64,000 nt of DNA from Escherichia coli (GTDB lineage Bacteria; Pseudomonadota; Gammaproteobacteria; Enterobacterales; Enterobacteriaceae), in NCBI RefSeq assembly GCF_017348835.2, contig NZ_CP071375.1; one strand, written 5' to 3'. This document shows, one piece after another, positions 1-10,495 of the stretch. A program made the position numbers and the translations under genes. Under the pieces are notes generated by a model. The model was not told where the DNA came from. It did not search any database and saw only the letters and a program-made list of their open reading frames with translations. Position 1 is the first letter of the stretch; the number at the start of each line of letters is the position of its first letter.

Positions 1-569
<569 letters not shown>

Positions 570-585
570 TTTCTTGCGTTATTTT

Positions 586-612
586 CGGCACCTTTTATGT
601 AGCGAAGGTGCC
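586..612 (+). terminator. stem-loop just downstream of cysB stop (CGGCACCTT...AAGGTGCCG)
   Basis: 9-bp inverted repeat with 9-nt loop; weak U-tract. Confidence 0.3.
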
Positions 613-899
613 GGAATATATTCTCTTTTGTTACTTATTTGTATACCGTGCACAATATTTTTATCCCTCATATTTATAGGGTAAATTACCTATAAAGTAG
701 TGTCTAATTACCCGCCTCGCAAATTCCAGTTTTCAAATATCTATTTCAGGTCAAAAGATTGAATTATTCACTGGAGACGATTCGTAAATTCGCTGGATTT
801 TTGACTAAAGTTTCTTTAGGATTTGTCTCATCGTATGATTAATTACACCAATCGTTCAACGTCTTGCTGATAAGTGATGGCGATTATATGAGGTTAGCA

Positions 900-1028
900 A
901 TGCCTTCTGGAAATCAGGAACCCCGCCGCGATCCTGAATTAAAACGTAAAGCCTGGCTGGCGGTTTTTCTTGGTTCTGCACTTTTCTGGGTGGTTGTCGC
1001 ACTGCTGATTTGGAAAGTGTGGGGATAA
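900..1028 (+). CDS. ymiA: small membrane protein YmiA (42 aa)
   Basis: ATG at 900, TAA at 1026-1028; hydrophobic core LAVFLGSALFWVVVALLIW; remembered K-12 position upstream of yciX. Confidence 0.7.
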   Translation: MPSGNQEPRRDPELKRKAWLAVFLGSALFWVVVALLIWKVWG

Positions 1029-1030
1029 CT

Positions 1031-1198
1031 ATGGTTGGTCAGGAGCAACTGGAGTCGTCACCATTATGCCAGGATAGTGACAATGAACCAGAAACGAAAC
1101 GGGAATGTTCCGTCGTTATTCCAGACGACTGGCAACTAACATCGCAGCAGCAAGCCTTTATAGAACTGTTTGCTGAAGATGATCAGCCGAAACAATAA
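1031..1198 (+). CDS. yciX: small protein YciX (55 aa from MVGQ start; ORF track offers alternative start at 1010)
   Basis: ORF track 1010..1198; ATG at 1031 lies 2 nt after ymiA stop, suggesting translational coupling. Confidence 0.65.
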   Translation: MVGQEQLESSPLCQDSDNEPETKRECSVVIPDDWQLTSQQQAFIELFAEDDQPKQ

Positions 1199-1311
1199 TT
1201 ATCATCATTCTTATTACCCATTTTTAATGAATTAAAGGGCTTTTAATACACCGCAGCAATAACAGGTTGAGTTATCTCAACACAAAGTAATAACCGTTAA
1301 GGGTGTAGCCT

Positions 1312-1407
1312 ATGATCAACACAAATATGAAATATTGGTCCTGGATGGGCGCGTTTTCTCTGTCGATGCTCTTCTGGGCCGAACTCCTCTGGATCATTAC
1401 TCACTGA
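1312..1407 (+). CDS. candidate small hydrophobic protein (31 aa, MINTNMKYWSWMGAFSLSMLFWAELLWIITH); possibly a ymi-family small protein
   Basis: ATG with AAGGG upstream; single predicted TM-like segment; followed 7 nt later by an intrinsic terminator; not in ORF track (below length cutoff). Confidence 0.4.
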   Translation: MINTNMKYWSWMGAFSLSMLFWAELLWIITH

Positions 1408-1413
1408 TCCCTG

Positions 1414-1434
1414 ACCCCGCTTCGGCGGGGTTTT
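1414..1434 (+). terminator. rho-independent terminator (ACCCCGC-TTCG-GCGGGGT + TTTT)
   Basis: GC-rich 7-bp stem, tetraloop, U-tract; sits between yciX/small ORF and acnA promoter. Confidence 0.55.
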
Positions 1435-1570
1435 CATTTGCTTTGCCACAAGCTTTCTCCTCTTTTATCAATTTGGGTTGTTATCAAATCGTTACGAGAT
1501 GTTTGTGTTATCTTTAATATTCACCCTGAAGAGAATCAGGGCTTCGCAACCCTGTCATTAAGGAGGAGCT

Positions 1571-4246
1571 ATGTCGTCAACCCTACGAGAAGCCAGTAAG
1601 GACACGTTGCAGGCCAAAGATAAAACTTACCACTACTACAGCCTGCCGCTTGCTGCCAAATCACTGGGCGATATCACCCGTCTACCCAAGTCACTCAAAG
1701 TTTTGCTCGAAAACCTGCTGCGCTGGCAGGATGGTAACTCGGTTACCGAAGAGGATATCCACGCGCTGGCGGGATGGCTGAAAAATGCCCATGCTGACCG
1801 TGAAATTGCCTACCGCCCGGCAAGGGTGCTGATGCAGGACTTTACCGGCGTACCTGCCGTTGTTGATCTCGCTGCAATGCGCGAAGCGGTTAAACGCCTC
1901 GGCGGCGATACTGCAAAGGTTAACCCGCTCTCACCGGTCGACCTGGTCATTGACCACTCGGTGACCGTCGATCGTTTTGGTGATGATGAGGCATTTGAAG
2001 AAAACGTACGCCTGGAAATGGAGCGCAACCACGAACGTTATGTGTTCCTGAAATGGGGAAAGCAGGCGTTCAGTCGGTTTAGCGTCGTGCCGCCAGGCAC
2101 AGGCATTTGCCATCAGGTTAACCTCGAATATCTCGGCAAAGCAGTGTGGAGCGAATTGCAGGACGGTGAATGGATTGCTTATCCGGATACACTCGTTGGT
2201 ACTGACTCGCACACCACTATGATCAACGGCCTTGGCGTGCTGGGGTGGGGCGTGGGTGGCATCGAAGCAGAAGCCGCAATGTTAGGCCAGCCGGTTTCCA
2301 TGCTTATCCCGGACGTAGTGGGCTTTAAACTTACCGGAAAATTACGTGAAGGTATTACCGCCACAGACCTGGTTCTCACTGTTACCCAAATGCTGCGCAA
2401 ACATGGCGTGGTGGGGAAATTCGTCGAATTTTATGGTGATGGTCTGGATTCACTACCGTTGGCGGATCGCGCCACCATTGCCAATATGTCGCCAGAATAT
2501 GGTGCCACCTGTGGCTTCTTCCCGATCGATGCTGTAACCCTCGATTACATGCGTTTAAGCGGGCGCAGCGAAGATCAGGTCGAGTTGGTCGAAAAATATG
2601 CCAAAGCGCAGGGCATGTGGCGTAACCCGGGCGATGAACCGATTTTTACCAGTACGTTAGAACTGGATATGAATGACGTTGAAGCGAGCCTGGCAGGGCC
2701 TAAACGCCCACAGGATCGCGTTGCACTGCCCGATGTACCAAAAGCATTTGCCGCCAGTAACGAACTGGAAGTGAATGCCACGCATAAAGATCGCCAGCCG
2801 GTCGATTATGTTATGAACGGACATCAGTATCAGTTACCTGATGGCGCTGTGGTCATTGCTGCGATAACCTCGTGCACCAACACCTCTAACCCAAGTGTGC
2901 TGATGGCCGCAGGCTTGCTGGCGAAAAAAGCCGTAACTCTTGGCCTCAAGCGGCAACCGTGGGTCAAAGCGTCGCTGGCACCGGGTTCGAAAGTCGTTTC
3001 TGATTATCTGGCAAAAGCGAAACTGACACCGTATCTCGACGAACTGGGGTTTAACCTTGTGGGATACGGTTGTACCACCTGTATTGGTAACTCTGGGCCG
3101 CTGCCCGATCCTATCGAAACGGCAATCAAAAAAGGCGATTTAACCGTCGGTGCAGTGCTGTCCGGCAACCGTAACTTTGAAGGCCGTATCCATCCGCTGG
3201 TTAAAACTAACTGGCTGGCCTCGCCGCCGCTGGTGGTTGCCTATGCGCTGGCGGGAAATATGAATATCAACCTGGCTTCTGAGCCTATTGGTCATGATCG
3301 TAAAGGCGATCCGGTTTATCTGAAAGATATCTGGCCATCGGCACAAGAAATTGCCCGTGCGGTAGAACAAGTCTCCACAGAAATGTTCCGCAAAGAGTAC
3401 GCAGAAGTTTTTGAAGGCACAGCAGAGTGGAAGGAAATTAACGTCACACGATCCGATACCTACGGCTGGCAGGAGGATTCAACCTATATTCGCTTATCGC
3501 CTTTCTTTGATGAAATGCAGGCAACACCAGCACCCGTGGAAGATATTCACGGTGCACGGATCCTCGCAATGCTGGGGGATTCAGTCACCACTGACCATAT
3601 CTCTCCGGCGGGCAGTATTAAGCCCGACAGCCCGGCAGGTCGATATCTACAAGGTCGGGGTGTTGAGCGGAAAGACTTTAACTCCTACGGTTCGCGGCGT
3701 GGTAACCATGAAGTGATGATGCGCGGCACCTTCGCCAATATTCGCATCCGTAATGAAATGGTGCCTGGCGTTGAAGGGGGGATGACGCGGCATTTACCTG
3801 ACAGCGACGTAGTCTCTATCTATGATGCCGCGATGCGCTATAAGCAGGAGCAAACGCCGCTGGCGGTGATTGCCGGGAAAGAGTATGGATCAGGCTCCAG
3901 CCGTGACTGGGCGGCAAAAGGTCCGCGTCTGCTTGGTATTCGTGTGGTGATTGCCGAATCGTTTGAACGAATTCACCGTTCGAATTTAATTGGCATGGGC
4001 ATCCTGCCGCTGGAATTTCCGCAAGGCGTAACGCGTAAAACGTTAGGGCTAACCGGGGAAGAGAAGATTGATATTGGCGATCTGCAAAACCTACAACCCG
4101 GCGCGACGGTTCCGGTGACGCTTACGCGCGCGGATGGTAGCCAGGAAGTCGTACCCTGCCGTTGTCGTATCGACACCGCGACGGAGTTGACCTACTACCA
4201 GAACGACGGCATTTTGCATTATGTCATTCGTAATATGTTGAAGTAA
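1571..4246 (+). CDS. acnA: aconitate hydratase A (891 aa)
   Basis: full-length ORF with AGGAGG RBS; aconitase family sequence recognised (e.g. [15 protein letters not shown]). Confidence 0.97.
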   Translation: MSSTLREASKDTLQAKDKTYHYYSLPLAAKSLGDITRLPKSLKVLLENLLRWQDGNSVTEEDIHALAGWLKNAHADREIAYRPARVLMQDFTGVPAVVDLAAMREAVKRLGGDTAKVNPLSPVDLVIDHSVTVDRFGDDEAFEENVRLEMERNHERYVFLKWGKQAFSRFSVVPPGTGICHQVNLEYLGKAVWSELQDGEWIAYPDTLVGTDSHTTMINGLGVLGWGVGGIEAEAAMLGQPVSMLIPDVVGFKLTGKLREGITATDLVLTVTQMLRKHGVVGKFVEFYGDGLDSLPLADRATIANMSPEYGATCGFFPIDAVTLDYMRLSGRSEDQVELVEKYAKAQGMWRNPGDEPIFTSTLELDMNDVEASLAGPKRPQDRVALPDVPKAFAASNELEVNATHKDRQPVDYVMNGHQYQLPDGAVVIAAITSCTNTSNPSVLMAAGLLAKKAVTLGLKRQPWVKASLAPGSKVVSDYLAKAKLTPYLDELGFNLVGYGCTTCIGNSGPLPDPIETAIKKGDLTVGAVLSGNRNFEGRIHPLVKTNWLASPPLVVAYALAGNMNINLASEPIGHDRKGDPVYLKDIWPSAQEIARAVEQVSTEMFRKEYAEVFEGTAEWKEINVTRSDTYGWQEDSTYIRLSPFFDEMQATPAPVEDIHGARILAMLGDSVTTDHISPAGSIKPDSPAGRYLQGRGVERKDFNSYGSRRGNHEVMMRGTFANIRIRNEMVPGVEGGMTRHLPDSDVVSIYDAAMRYKQEQTPLAVIAGKEYGSGSSRDWAAKGPRLLGIRVVIAESFERIHRSNLIGMGILPLEFPQGVTRKTLGLTGEEKIDIGDLQNLQPGATVPVTLTRADGSQEVVPCRCRIDTATELTYYQNDGILHYVIRNMLK

Positions 4247-4252
4247 CAAGTA

Positions 4253-4287
4253 TTTGCTTGCCGGTTATTTTGCTTCCGGCAAGCAAA
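4253..4287. terminator. bidirectional stem-loop between convergent acnA and ribA (TTTGCTTGCCGG...CCGGCAAGCAAA)
   Basis: 12-bp inverted repeat with 11-nt loop between two convergent stops. Confidence 0.5.
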
Positions 4288-4309
4288 TGAATTACACAAT
4301 GCAAGAGGG

Positions 4310-4900
4310 TTATTTGTTCAGCAAATGGCCCATTTTCTCGGCTTTGGTATCGAGATAATGTTCGTTATTGGGGTTACGACCTACAATCAATGGTACGCGT
4401 TCAACAATATTAATCCCTGCTTCGGTCAGAATTTCGACTTTTTTCGGGTTATTGGTTAACAAGCGGACTTCATTGACGCCAAGGAGTTTGAACATATCAG
4501 CGCAAAGAGTGAAGTCGCGCTCATCAGCGGCGAAGCCTAACTGGTGGTTAGCCTCTACAGTATCGTAACCTTGATCCTGCAGTGCGTAAGCGCGGATTTT
4601 ATTCAGCAGACCAATGTTACGACCTTCCTGACGGTGATACAGCAAAATACCACGGCCTTCCTCGGCAATTTGCGTCAATGCCGCTTCGAGCTGGAAGCCA
4701 CAATCGCAGCGCAAGCTGAACAGGGCGTCACCGGTCAGACATTCGGAATGGACGCGCGCAAGTACCGGGGTATGCCCGGAAATATCGCCATAGACTAGCG
4801 CGACATGATCGTGTCCGGTTGCCAGTTCTTCAAATCCCACCATCAGGAAATCGCCCCATGGGGTTGGCAGTTTGGCTTCTGCCACACGTTTAAGCTGCAT
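4310..4900 (-). CDS. ribA: GTP cyclohydrolase II (196 aa from [10 protein letters not shown] start; ORF track extends to 4963)
   Basis: translation matches RibA from memory; shorter start chosen to match the canonical length. Confidence 0.93.
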
Positions 4901-5069
4901 GAAATTCTCCAGATAATGCTGGTTCTGTATTGGCTTATTTTGCCATAACGAGAAGGGGTTCACCTAATCACGACGCGTCGATCGTTCACGGAATGGCACA
5001 AATCTGTCAATTTTTCCTGGAACTGGCATTTTCAGTTATGATTGTGGGACTTATCAAAAAGGAGAGGCC

Positions 5070-5834
5070 ATGCGTTCGATTGCCCGACGTACCGCAGTGG
5101 GAGCTGCACTATTGCTTGTTATGCCAGTAGCCGTATGGATTTCTGGCTGGCGTTGGCAACCAGGAGAACAAAGTTGGCTACTAAAAGCGGCTTTTTGGGT
5201 TACTGAAACTGTCACCCAGCCCTGGGGCGTCATTACACATTTGATTTTATTCGGCTGGTTTCTCTGGTGTCTGCGTTTTCGCATTAAGGCTGCCTTTGTA
5301 TTATTTGCCATTCTGGCGGCCGCAATCCTTGTGGGACAAGGCGTTAAATCCTGGATCAAAGACAAAGTCCAGGAACCACGACCTTTTGTTATCTGGCTGG
5401 AAAAAACACATCATATTCCAGTTGATGAGTTCTACACTTTAAAGCGAGCAGAACGCGGAAATCTAGTGAAAGAACAGTTGGCTGAAGAGAAAAATATCCC
5501 ACAATATTTGCGTTCACACTGGCAGAAAGAGACGGGGTTTGCCTTTCCTTCCGGTCACACGATGTTTGCTGCCAGTTGGGCACTGCTGGCCGTTGGTTTG
5601 CTGTGGCCGCGTCGGCGAACGTTAACCATTGCTATCTTGTTGGTCTGGGCAACTGGAGTCATGGGAAGCCGCCTGCTGCTCGGGATGCATTGGCCACGCG
5701 ATCTGGTAGTAGCTACGTTGATTTCGTGGGCGCTGGTGGCGGTGGCAACGTGGCTTGCGCAACGAATTTGTGGGCCATTAACACCACCTGCGGAAGAAAA
5801 TCGCGAGATAGCGCAACGAGAACAAGAAAGTTAA
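5070..5834 (+). CDS. pgpB: phosphatidylglycerophosphatase B (254 aa, PAP2 family)
   Basis: GGAG RBS; multi-TM PAP2 motifs (PSGH, SRLLLGMHWPRD). Confidence 0.95.
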   Translation: MRSIARRTAVGAALLLVMPVAVWISGWRWQPGEQSWLLKAAFWVTETVTQPWGVITHLILFGWFLWCLRFRIKAAFVLFAILAAAILVGQGVKSWIKDKVQEPRPFVIWLEKTHHIPVDEFYTLKRAERGNLVKEQLAEEKNIPQYLRSHWQKETGFAFPSGHTMFAASWALLAVGLLWPRRRTLTIAILLVWATGVMGSRLLLGMHWPRDLVVATLISWALVAVATWLAQRICGPLTPPAEENREIAQREQES

Positions 5835-5982
5835 CGCTGGTTGATTTTCCGAATTTAGCCCTTAAATCATCAACAATGCGCGTGGATGCCATTTCGCAGA
5901 CGGCGCGAAAATGGTACTTTAAAGGGCTATTGCGGTAAGTTGACCATAATTTATTCGCTCTAACCACATAACGGGAAGTAAT

Positions 5983-6291
5983 GTGAAATATTTACTCATT
6001 TTCTTACTGGTGTTAGCGATCTTCGTGATTTCGGTCACGTTGGGTGCGCAGAACGATCAACAGGTGACGTTTAATTATCTGTTAGCGCAAGGGGAGTACC
6101 GTATTTCCACATTGCTGGCGGTATTGTTTGCTGCGGGTTTTGCTATCGGTTGGTTGATTTGTGGCCTGTTCTGGCTGCGAGTTCGTGTTTCCCTGGTGCG
6201 CGCTGAACGTAAAATAAAGCGACTGGAAAACCAGCTTTCACCCGCGACTGACGTGGCTGTAGTGCAGCACTCGTCAGCGGCGAAGGAATAA
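5983..6291 (+). CDS. lapA: LPS assembly protein LapA/YciS (102 aa), GTG start
   Basis: ORF track; two TM segments; directly upstream of lapB. Confidence 0.88.
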   Translation: MKYLLIFLLVLAIFVISVTLGAQNDQQVTFNYLLAQGEYRISTLLAVLFAAGFAIGWLICGLFWLRVRVSLVRAERKIKRLENQLSPATDVAVVQHSSAAKE

Positions 6292-6297
6292 CTTTCT

Positions 6298-7467
6298 ATG
6301 CTGGAGTTGTTGTTTCTGCTTTTGCCTGTAGCCGCTGCCTATGGCTGGTATATGGGCCGCAGAAGTGCGCAACAAAACAAGCAAGATGAAGCCAATCGCT
6401 TGTCGCGTGATTACGTAGCGGGGGTTAACTTCCTGCTTAGTAATCAACAGGATAAAGCGGTAGACCTGTTTCTCGATATGCTTAAAGAGGATACAGGCAC
6501 CGTTGAAGCCCACCTTACGCTCGGAAACCTGTTCCGTTCGCGTGGCGAAGTTGATCGCGCTATTCGCATCCATCAGACCCTAATGGAAAGCGCCTCGCTG
6601 ACCTATGAACAGCGTCTGTTGGCGATTCAACAACTGGGGCGTGATTACATGGCCGCCGGGTTATACGACCGCGCGGAAGACATGTTCAATCAGCTGACCG
6701 ATGAAACTGACTTCCGCATTGGCGCGCTGCAACAGTTGCTACAAATCTACCAGGCTACCAGCGAGTGGCAGAAAGCAATTGATGTTGCCGAACGCCTGGT
6801 GAAGCTGGGTAAAGATAAACAGCGCGTCGAAATTGCCCATTTCTACTGTGAGTTAGCCCTGCAGCATATGGCCAGCGACGATCTCGATCGTGCCATGACC
6901 TTGCTAAAAAAAGGGGCGGCGGCAGATAAAAACAGCGCCCGCGTATCCATCATGATGGGACGCGTGTTTATGGCGAAAGGAGAATACGCCAAAGCCGTCG
7001 AAAGTTTGCAACGCGTGATATCCCAGGACAGAGAACTGGTCAGCGAAACGCTGGAAATGCTGCAAACCTGCTATCAGCAGTTGGGTAAAACTGCCGAATG
7101 GGCAGAATTCCTGCAACGCGCGGTGGAAGAGAACACCGGTGCCGATGCTGAATTGATGCTTGCTGATATCATCGAAGCGCGCGACGGTAGTGAGGCCGCA
7201 CAGGTCTATATTACGCGCCAGCTTCAGCGTCATCCGACCATGCGTGTGTTCCATAAGTTAATGGATTACCACTTAAATGAAGCGGAAGAAGGGCGTGCCA
7301 AAGAGAGCCTGATGGTGCTGCGTGACATGGTTGGCGAAAAGGTACGTAGTAAGCCTCGTTATCGCTGCCAGAAATGTGGTTTTACCGCATACACCCTCTA
7401 CTGGCATTGTCCGTCTTGTCGGGCCTGGTCAACCATTAAACCGATTCGCGGTCTTGATGGCCTGTAA
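6298..7467 (+). CDS. lapB: LPS assembly protein LapB/YciM (389 aa), TPR repeats plus C-terminal rubredoxin-like Cys4 motif
   Basis: N-terminal TM, TPR-like repeats, C-terminal CQKCGF...CPSC. Confidence 0.95.
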   Translation: MLELLFLLLPVAAAYGWYMGRRSAQQNKQDEANRLSRDYVAGVNFLLSNQQDKAVDLFLDMLKEDTGTVEAHLTLGNLFRSRGEVDRAIRIHQTLMESASLTYEQRLLAIQQLGRDYMAAGLYDRAEDMFNQLTDETDFRIGALQQLLQIYQATSEWQKAIDVAERLVKLGKDKQRVEIAHFYCELALQHMASDDLDRAMTLLKKGAAADKNSARVSIMMGRVFMAKGEYAKAVESLQRVISQDRELVSETLEMLQTCYQQLGKTAEWAEFLQRAVEENTGADAELMLADIIEARDGSEAAQVYITRQLQRHPTMRVFHKLMDYHLNEAEEGRAKESLMVLRDMVGEKVRSKPRYRCQKCGFTAYTLYWHCPSCRAWSTIKPIRGLDGL

Positions 7468-7659
7468 TTTTTTAAAAAAACCGACTTTAGTTACAACATA
7501 CTATTTATTGATGTCCCATTGTGCTCCGGCAACGACGGCGCAGAAAAAGCCTGCCAGGGGAGAAATCGCAACTGTTAATTTTTTATTTCCACGGGTAGAA
7601 TGCTCGCCGTTTACCTGTTTCGCGCCACTTCCGGTGCCCATCATCAAGAAGGTCTGGTC

Positions 7660-8397
7660 ATGACGTTAACTGCTTCATCTTCTTCCCGCGCTGTTACGAA
7701 TTCTCCTGTGGTTGTTGCCCTTGATTATCATAATCGTGATGCCGCGCTGGCCTTTGTCGACAAGATCGACCCACGCGATTGTCGTCTGAAGGTCGGCAAA
7801 GAGATGTTTACATTGTTTGGGCCACAGTTTGTGCGCGAACTTCAACAGCGTGGTTTTGATATCTTTCTTGACCTGAAATTCCACGATATCCCCAACACTG
7901 CAGCGCACGCAGTCGCTGCTGCAGCTGACTTAGGCGTGTGGATGGTGAATGTTCATGCCTCTGGTGGGGCGCGTATGATGACCGCAGCGCGTGAGGCACT
8001 GGTTCCGTATGGCAAAGATGCACCGCTTTTGATTGCTGTGACAGTGTTGACCAGCATGGAAGCCAGCGACCTGGCCGATCTTGGCGTGACACTGTCACCT
8101 GCAGATTATGCAGAACGTCTGGCGGCACTGACGCAAAAATGTGGCCTTGATGGTGTTGTGTGTTCTGCTCAGGAAGCTGTGCGCTTTAAACAGGTATTCG
8201 GTCAGGAGTTCAAACTGGTTACACCGGGCATTCGTCCGCAGGGGAGTGAAGCAGGTGACCAGCGCCGCATTATGACGCCAGAACAGGCGTTGGCGGCTGG
8301 TGTTGATTATATGGTGATTGGTCGCCCGGTAACGCAATCGGTAGATCCAGCGCAGACGCTGAAAGCGATCAACGCCTCTTTACAGCGGAGTGCATGA
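7660..8397 (+). CDS. pyrF: orotidine-5'-phosphate decarboxylase (245 aa from MTLTASSS start; ORF track starts at 7600)
   Basis: OMP decarboxylase sequence recognised; overlaps yciH by 4 nt. Confidence 0.95.
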   Translation: MTLTASSSSRAVTNSPVVVALDYHNRDAALAFVDKIDPRDCRLKVGKEMFTLFGPQFVRELQQRGFDIFLDLKFHDIPNTAAHAVAAAADLGVWMVNVHASGGARMMTAAREALVPYGKDAPLLIAVTVLTSMEASDLADLGVTLSPADYAERLAALTQKCGLDGVVCSAQEAVRFKQVFGQEFKLVTPGIRPQGSEAGDQRRIMTPEQALAAGVDYMVIGRPVTQSVDPAQTLKAINASLQRSA

Positions 8398-8723
8398 TGA
8401 GTGATTCCAACAGCAGTCTGGTCTACTCAACAGAAACCGGGCGTATTGATGAGCCCAAAGCGGCCCCAGTACGCCCTAAAGGCGATGGTGTGGTGCGTAT
8501 TCAGCGTCAGACCAGTGGACGTAAAGGTAAGGGCGTTTGCCTGATTACCGGTATCGCTCTCGATGATGCCGAACTGACAAAACTTGCAGCGGAACTGAAG
8601 AAAAAATGCGGCTGCGGCGGAGCAGTTAAAGATGGAGTTATTGAAATCCAGGGCGATAAGCGTGATTTATTAAAATCACTACTTGAAGCGAAAGGGATGA
8701 AGGTAAAACTCGCAGGCGGTTAA
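8394..8723 (+). CDS. yciH: SUI1/eIF1-family translation factor YciH (109 aa)
   Basis: ATGA overlap with pyrF stop; SUI1-like sequence. Confidence 0.92.
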   Translation: MMSDSNSSLVYSTETGRIDEPKAAPVRPKGDGVVRIQRQTSGRKGKGVCLITGIALDDAELTKLAAELKKKCGCGGAVKDGVIEIQGDKRDLLKSLLEAKGMKVKLAGG

Positions 8724-8727
8724 CATA

Positions 8728-8754
8728 AAAAGCCACGGATATATCCGTGGCTTT
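8728..8754. terminator. stem-loop after yciH (AAAGCCACGGA-TATA-TCCGTGGCTTT), between convergent yciH and osmB
   Basis: 11-bp perfect inverted repeat with 4-nt loop, 4 nt after yciH stop. Confidence 0.5.
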
Positions 8755-8848
8755 CGAATATTTTACTGTGTGTATTATTCAGTTATTTCGTACTGAACAG
8801 AATCAAGCGTATTATAATTGCGAGTCGATAATCGACATTTATTTACGA

Positions 8849-9067
8849 TTATTTACCGACCTGGTGACCAATAACACCACCGACAGCTGCGCCACCTAAT
8901 GTACCCAACGTACTGCCATCGGTCAGTACTGCACCGCCTAATGCCCCTGCACCCGCGCCGATTGCGGTGTTGCGGTCCCGTTTAGACCAGTTAGAACAGG
9001 CACTCAGAGACATTGCCAGGGTAATTGCCAGAACAGCCGCGGTCATTTTTTTGCTCGTTACAAACAT
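8849..9067 (-). CDS. osmB: osmotically inducible lipoprotein OsmB (72 aa)
   Basis: lipobox LSAC, glycine-zipper repeats (GAGAGALGGAV). Confidence 0.93.
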   Translation of the reverse strand: MFVTSKKMTAAVLAITLAMSLSACSNWSKRDRNTAIGAGAGALGGAVLTDGSTLGTLGGAAVGGVIGHQVGK

Positions 9068-9335
9068 AATACTCTCTCCTGAATTTATGATTCACGGAAG
9101 TAAGCTCTCTATAACTATAATAGCTAAGAATAAGCATGGTGAAATTATTCCGTGAAATCCGTTCGCGCGCAGGGTTATATCACGCAGGTGATAATGACTT
9201 CCTGTTATATCGCTGATAATAATTTTATATCTTAAGAGTGTTAATAACAGGTAAATAGTCTTAATTATCAACCAGGAATCATCTTAGAGCGGATGATTTG
9301 CCAAACTGCAAATCATCCGTAGAGAAGGGAAATGG

Positions 9336-10085
9336 TTAAATGTCAACGACGTGAACGGTGAGTTTACTGTGCTCAAGATGCATCAGATCGCTGGTGCGTA
9401 TTTTCGAATCGGTAATCACGCGATTGAATCGCTCAACGGGACCGATGGAGTATGAATGTACAGCACCAAATTTCGAGCTGTCAGTCAGGACTATCGCTTC
9501 GCACTCTTTTTCCAGCACGGCATTCACCACATCGGTACGCATCATATCGCGACCGGTGAATCCAGTTTCAGGTTGCCAGCCATCAATACCAATAAATGCT
9601 TTGCTGAAATGTACCTGTTGGATGCACTGGCGTGTCAACGGGCCAACCATACTTTCGCTTTTTTTCTGGTACACGCCACCGAGCAAAATAACTTCACAAG
9701 GCGCGTCTTTCAGCAAATGCGCGATGTAGCTGCTGACCGTGATGATAGTGACATTTTTCTTCTGCTCCCCCAGAGTCCGGGCGAGCAGGGCATTGCTGCT
9801 GCCATTTTCGATAAAGATGGTTTCGCCCGGTTGAACCAGTGACGCGGCAAACTCGGCGAGTTCACGCTTCAGCGTATAGTTGCTCATCATACGGGTTTCG
9901 ACGTCATCACTATCAAGCGAAACTGCAAAGCCATGTGCACGGCGGAGGTAACTCAGTTTTTCGAGGGTGTTGAGATCCTGGCGAATGGTAACTTCAGAAA
10001 CTCCAGTGGCTTTTGCCAGATCGGTTACGCTAACCTGACCCTGGTCAATGACCATCTGTAGAATAGTTTGTTGTCGGGAATTCAT
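9336..10085 (-). CDS. yciT: DeoR-family transcriptional regulator YciT (249 aa)
   Basis: N-terminal DeoR HTH, C-terminal sugar-phosphate-binding domain; synteny. Confidence 0.9.
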   Translation of the reverse strand: MNSRQQTILQMVIDQGQVSVTDLAKATGVSEVTIRQDLNTLEKLSYLRRAHGFAVSLDSDDVETRMMSNYTLKRELAEFAASLVQPGETIFIENGSSNALLARTLGEQKKNVTIITVSSYIAHLLKDAPCEVILLGGVYQKKSESMVGPLTRQCIQQVHFSKAFIGIDGWQPETGFTGRDMMRTDVVNAVLEKECEAIVLTDSSKFGAVHSYSIGPVERFNRVITDSKIRTSDLMHLEHSKLTVHVVDI

Positions 10086-10174
10086 CGCTGTAATTCTTAT
10101 AACGTTATAATACTAAATAAAAAAATACTGACGCGCCGGGCATCCTCAAATAGGAAAACCTGAAGGCACGATTG

Positions 10175-10348
10175 TTAAATCTCCCACGGTGCCTTCGGGA
10201 TGTCTGGCGTAGATTCAGCAACCTGGCGCAAGAGTTCTGCTTTAAGTATCTCGAGATTATGGATCGCAGAGTGGTAATCGCCTGCCACAAGGATATCTAA
10301 CACAATATCAATACGTTCGGCAACGCGCTGGGCATCAAATTCAGACAT
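10175..10348 (-). CDS. yciZ: small protein YciZ (57 aa from MSEFDAQ start; ORF track extends to 10357)
   Basis: ORF track; remembered K-12 small gene between yciT and pdeR. Confidence 0.7.
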
Positions 10349-10495
10349 CAAGGACATCCTTATAGCAAAAGGGGGAAAATGAATAATGCAAAAATTGCCG
10401 CTAAAAGAGAAGTGTTTAACAGCAACGGCTAATTATCATCCGGGAATACGATATATAATGACGGAATATAGCGCTAAGTATATATATTCATCTAC

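Noticed and set aside
1335-1517. 60-aa ORF from the track in the acnA upstream region
   Set aside because: Reads through the intrinsic terminator at 1414-1434 and has no RBS; the 31-codon ORF at 1312-1407 in another frame has better start and stop context.
4901-4963. N-terminal extensions proposed by the ORF track for ribA (and similarly pyrF, yciW, puuP, puuA, puuC, pspF, ycjM, ycjX, tyrR, ycjG, mpaA)
   Set aside because: Shorter starts reproduce the protein N-termini and lengths I recognise for these products; the extensions are upstream in-frame ATGs in promoter regions.
9106-9120. 15-nt exact repeat TCTCTATAACTATAA shared between osmB upstream region and 30233-30247
   Set aside because: A single shared 15-mer is about what chance predicts in 64 kb on two strands; no extended similarity around it.
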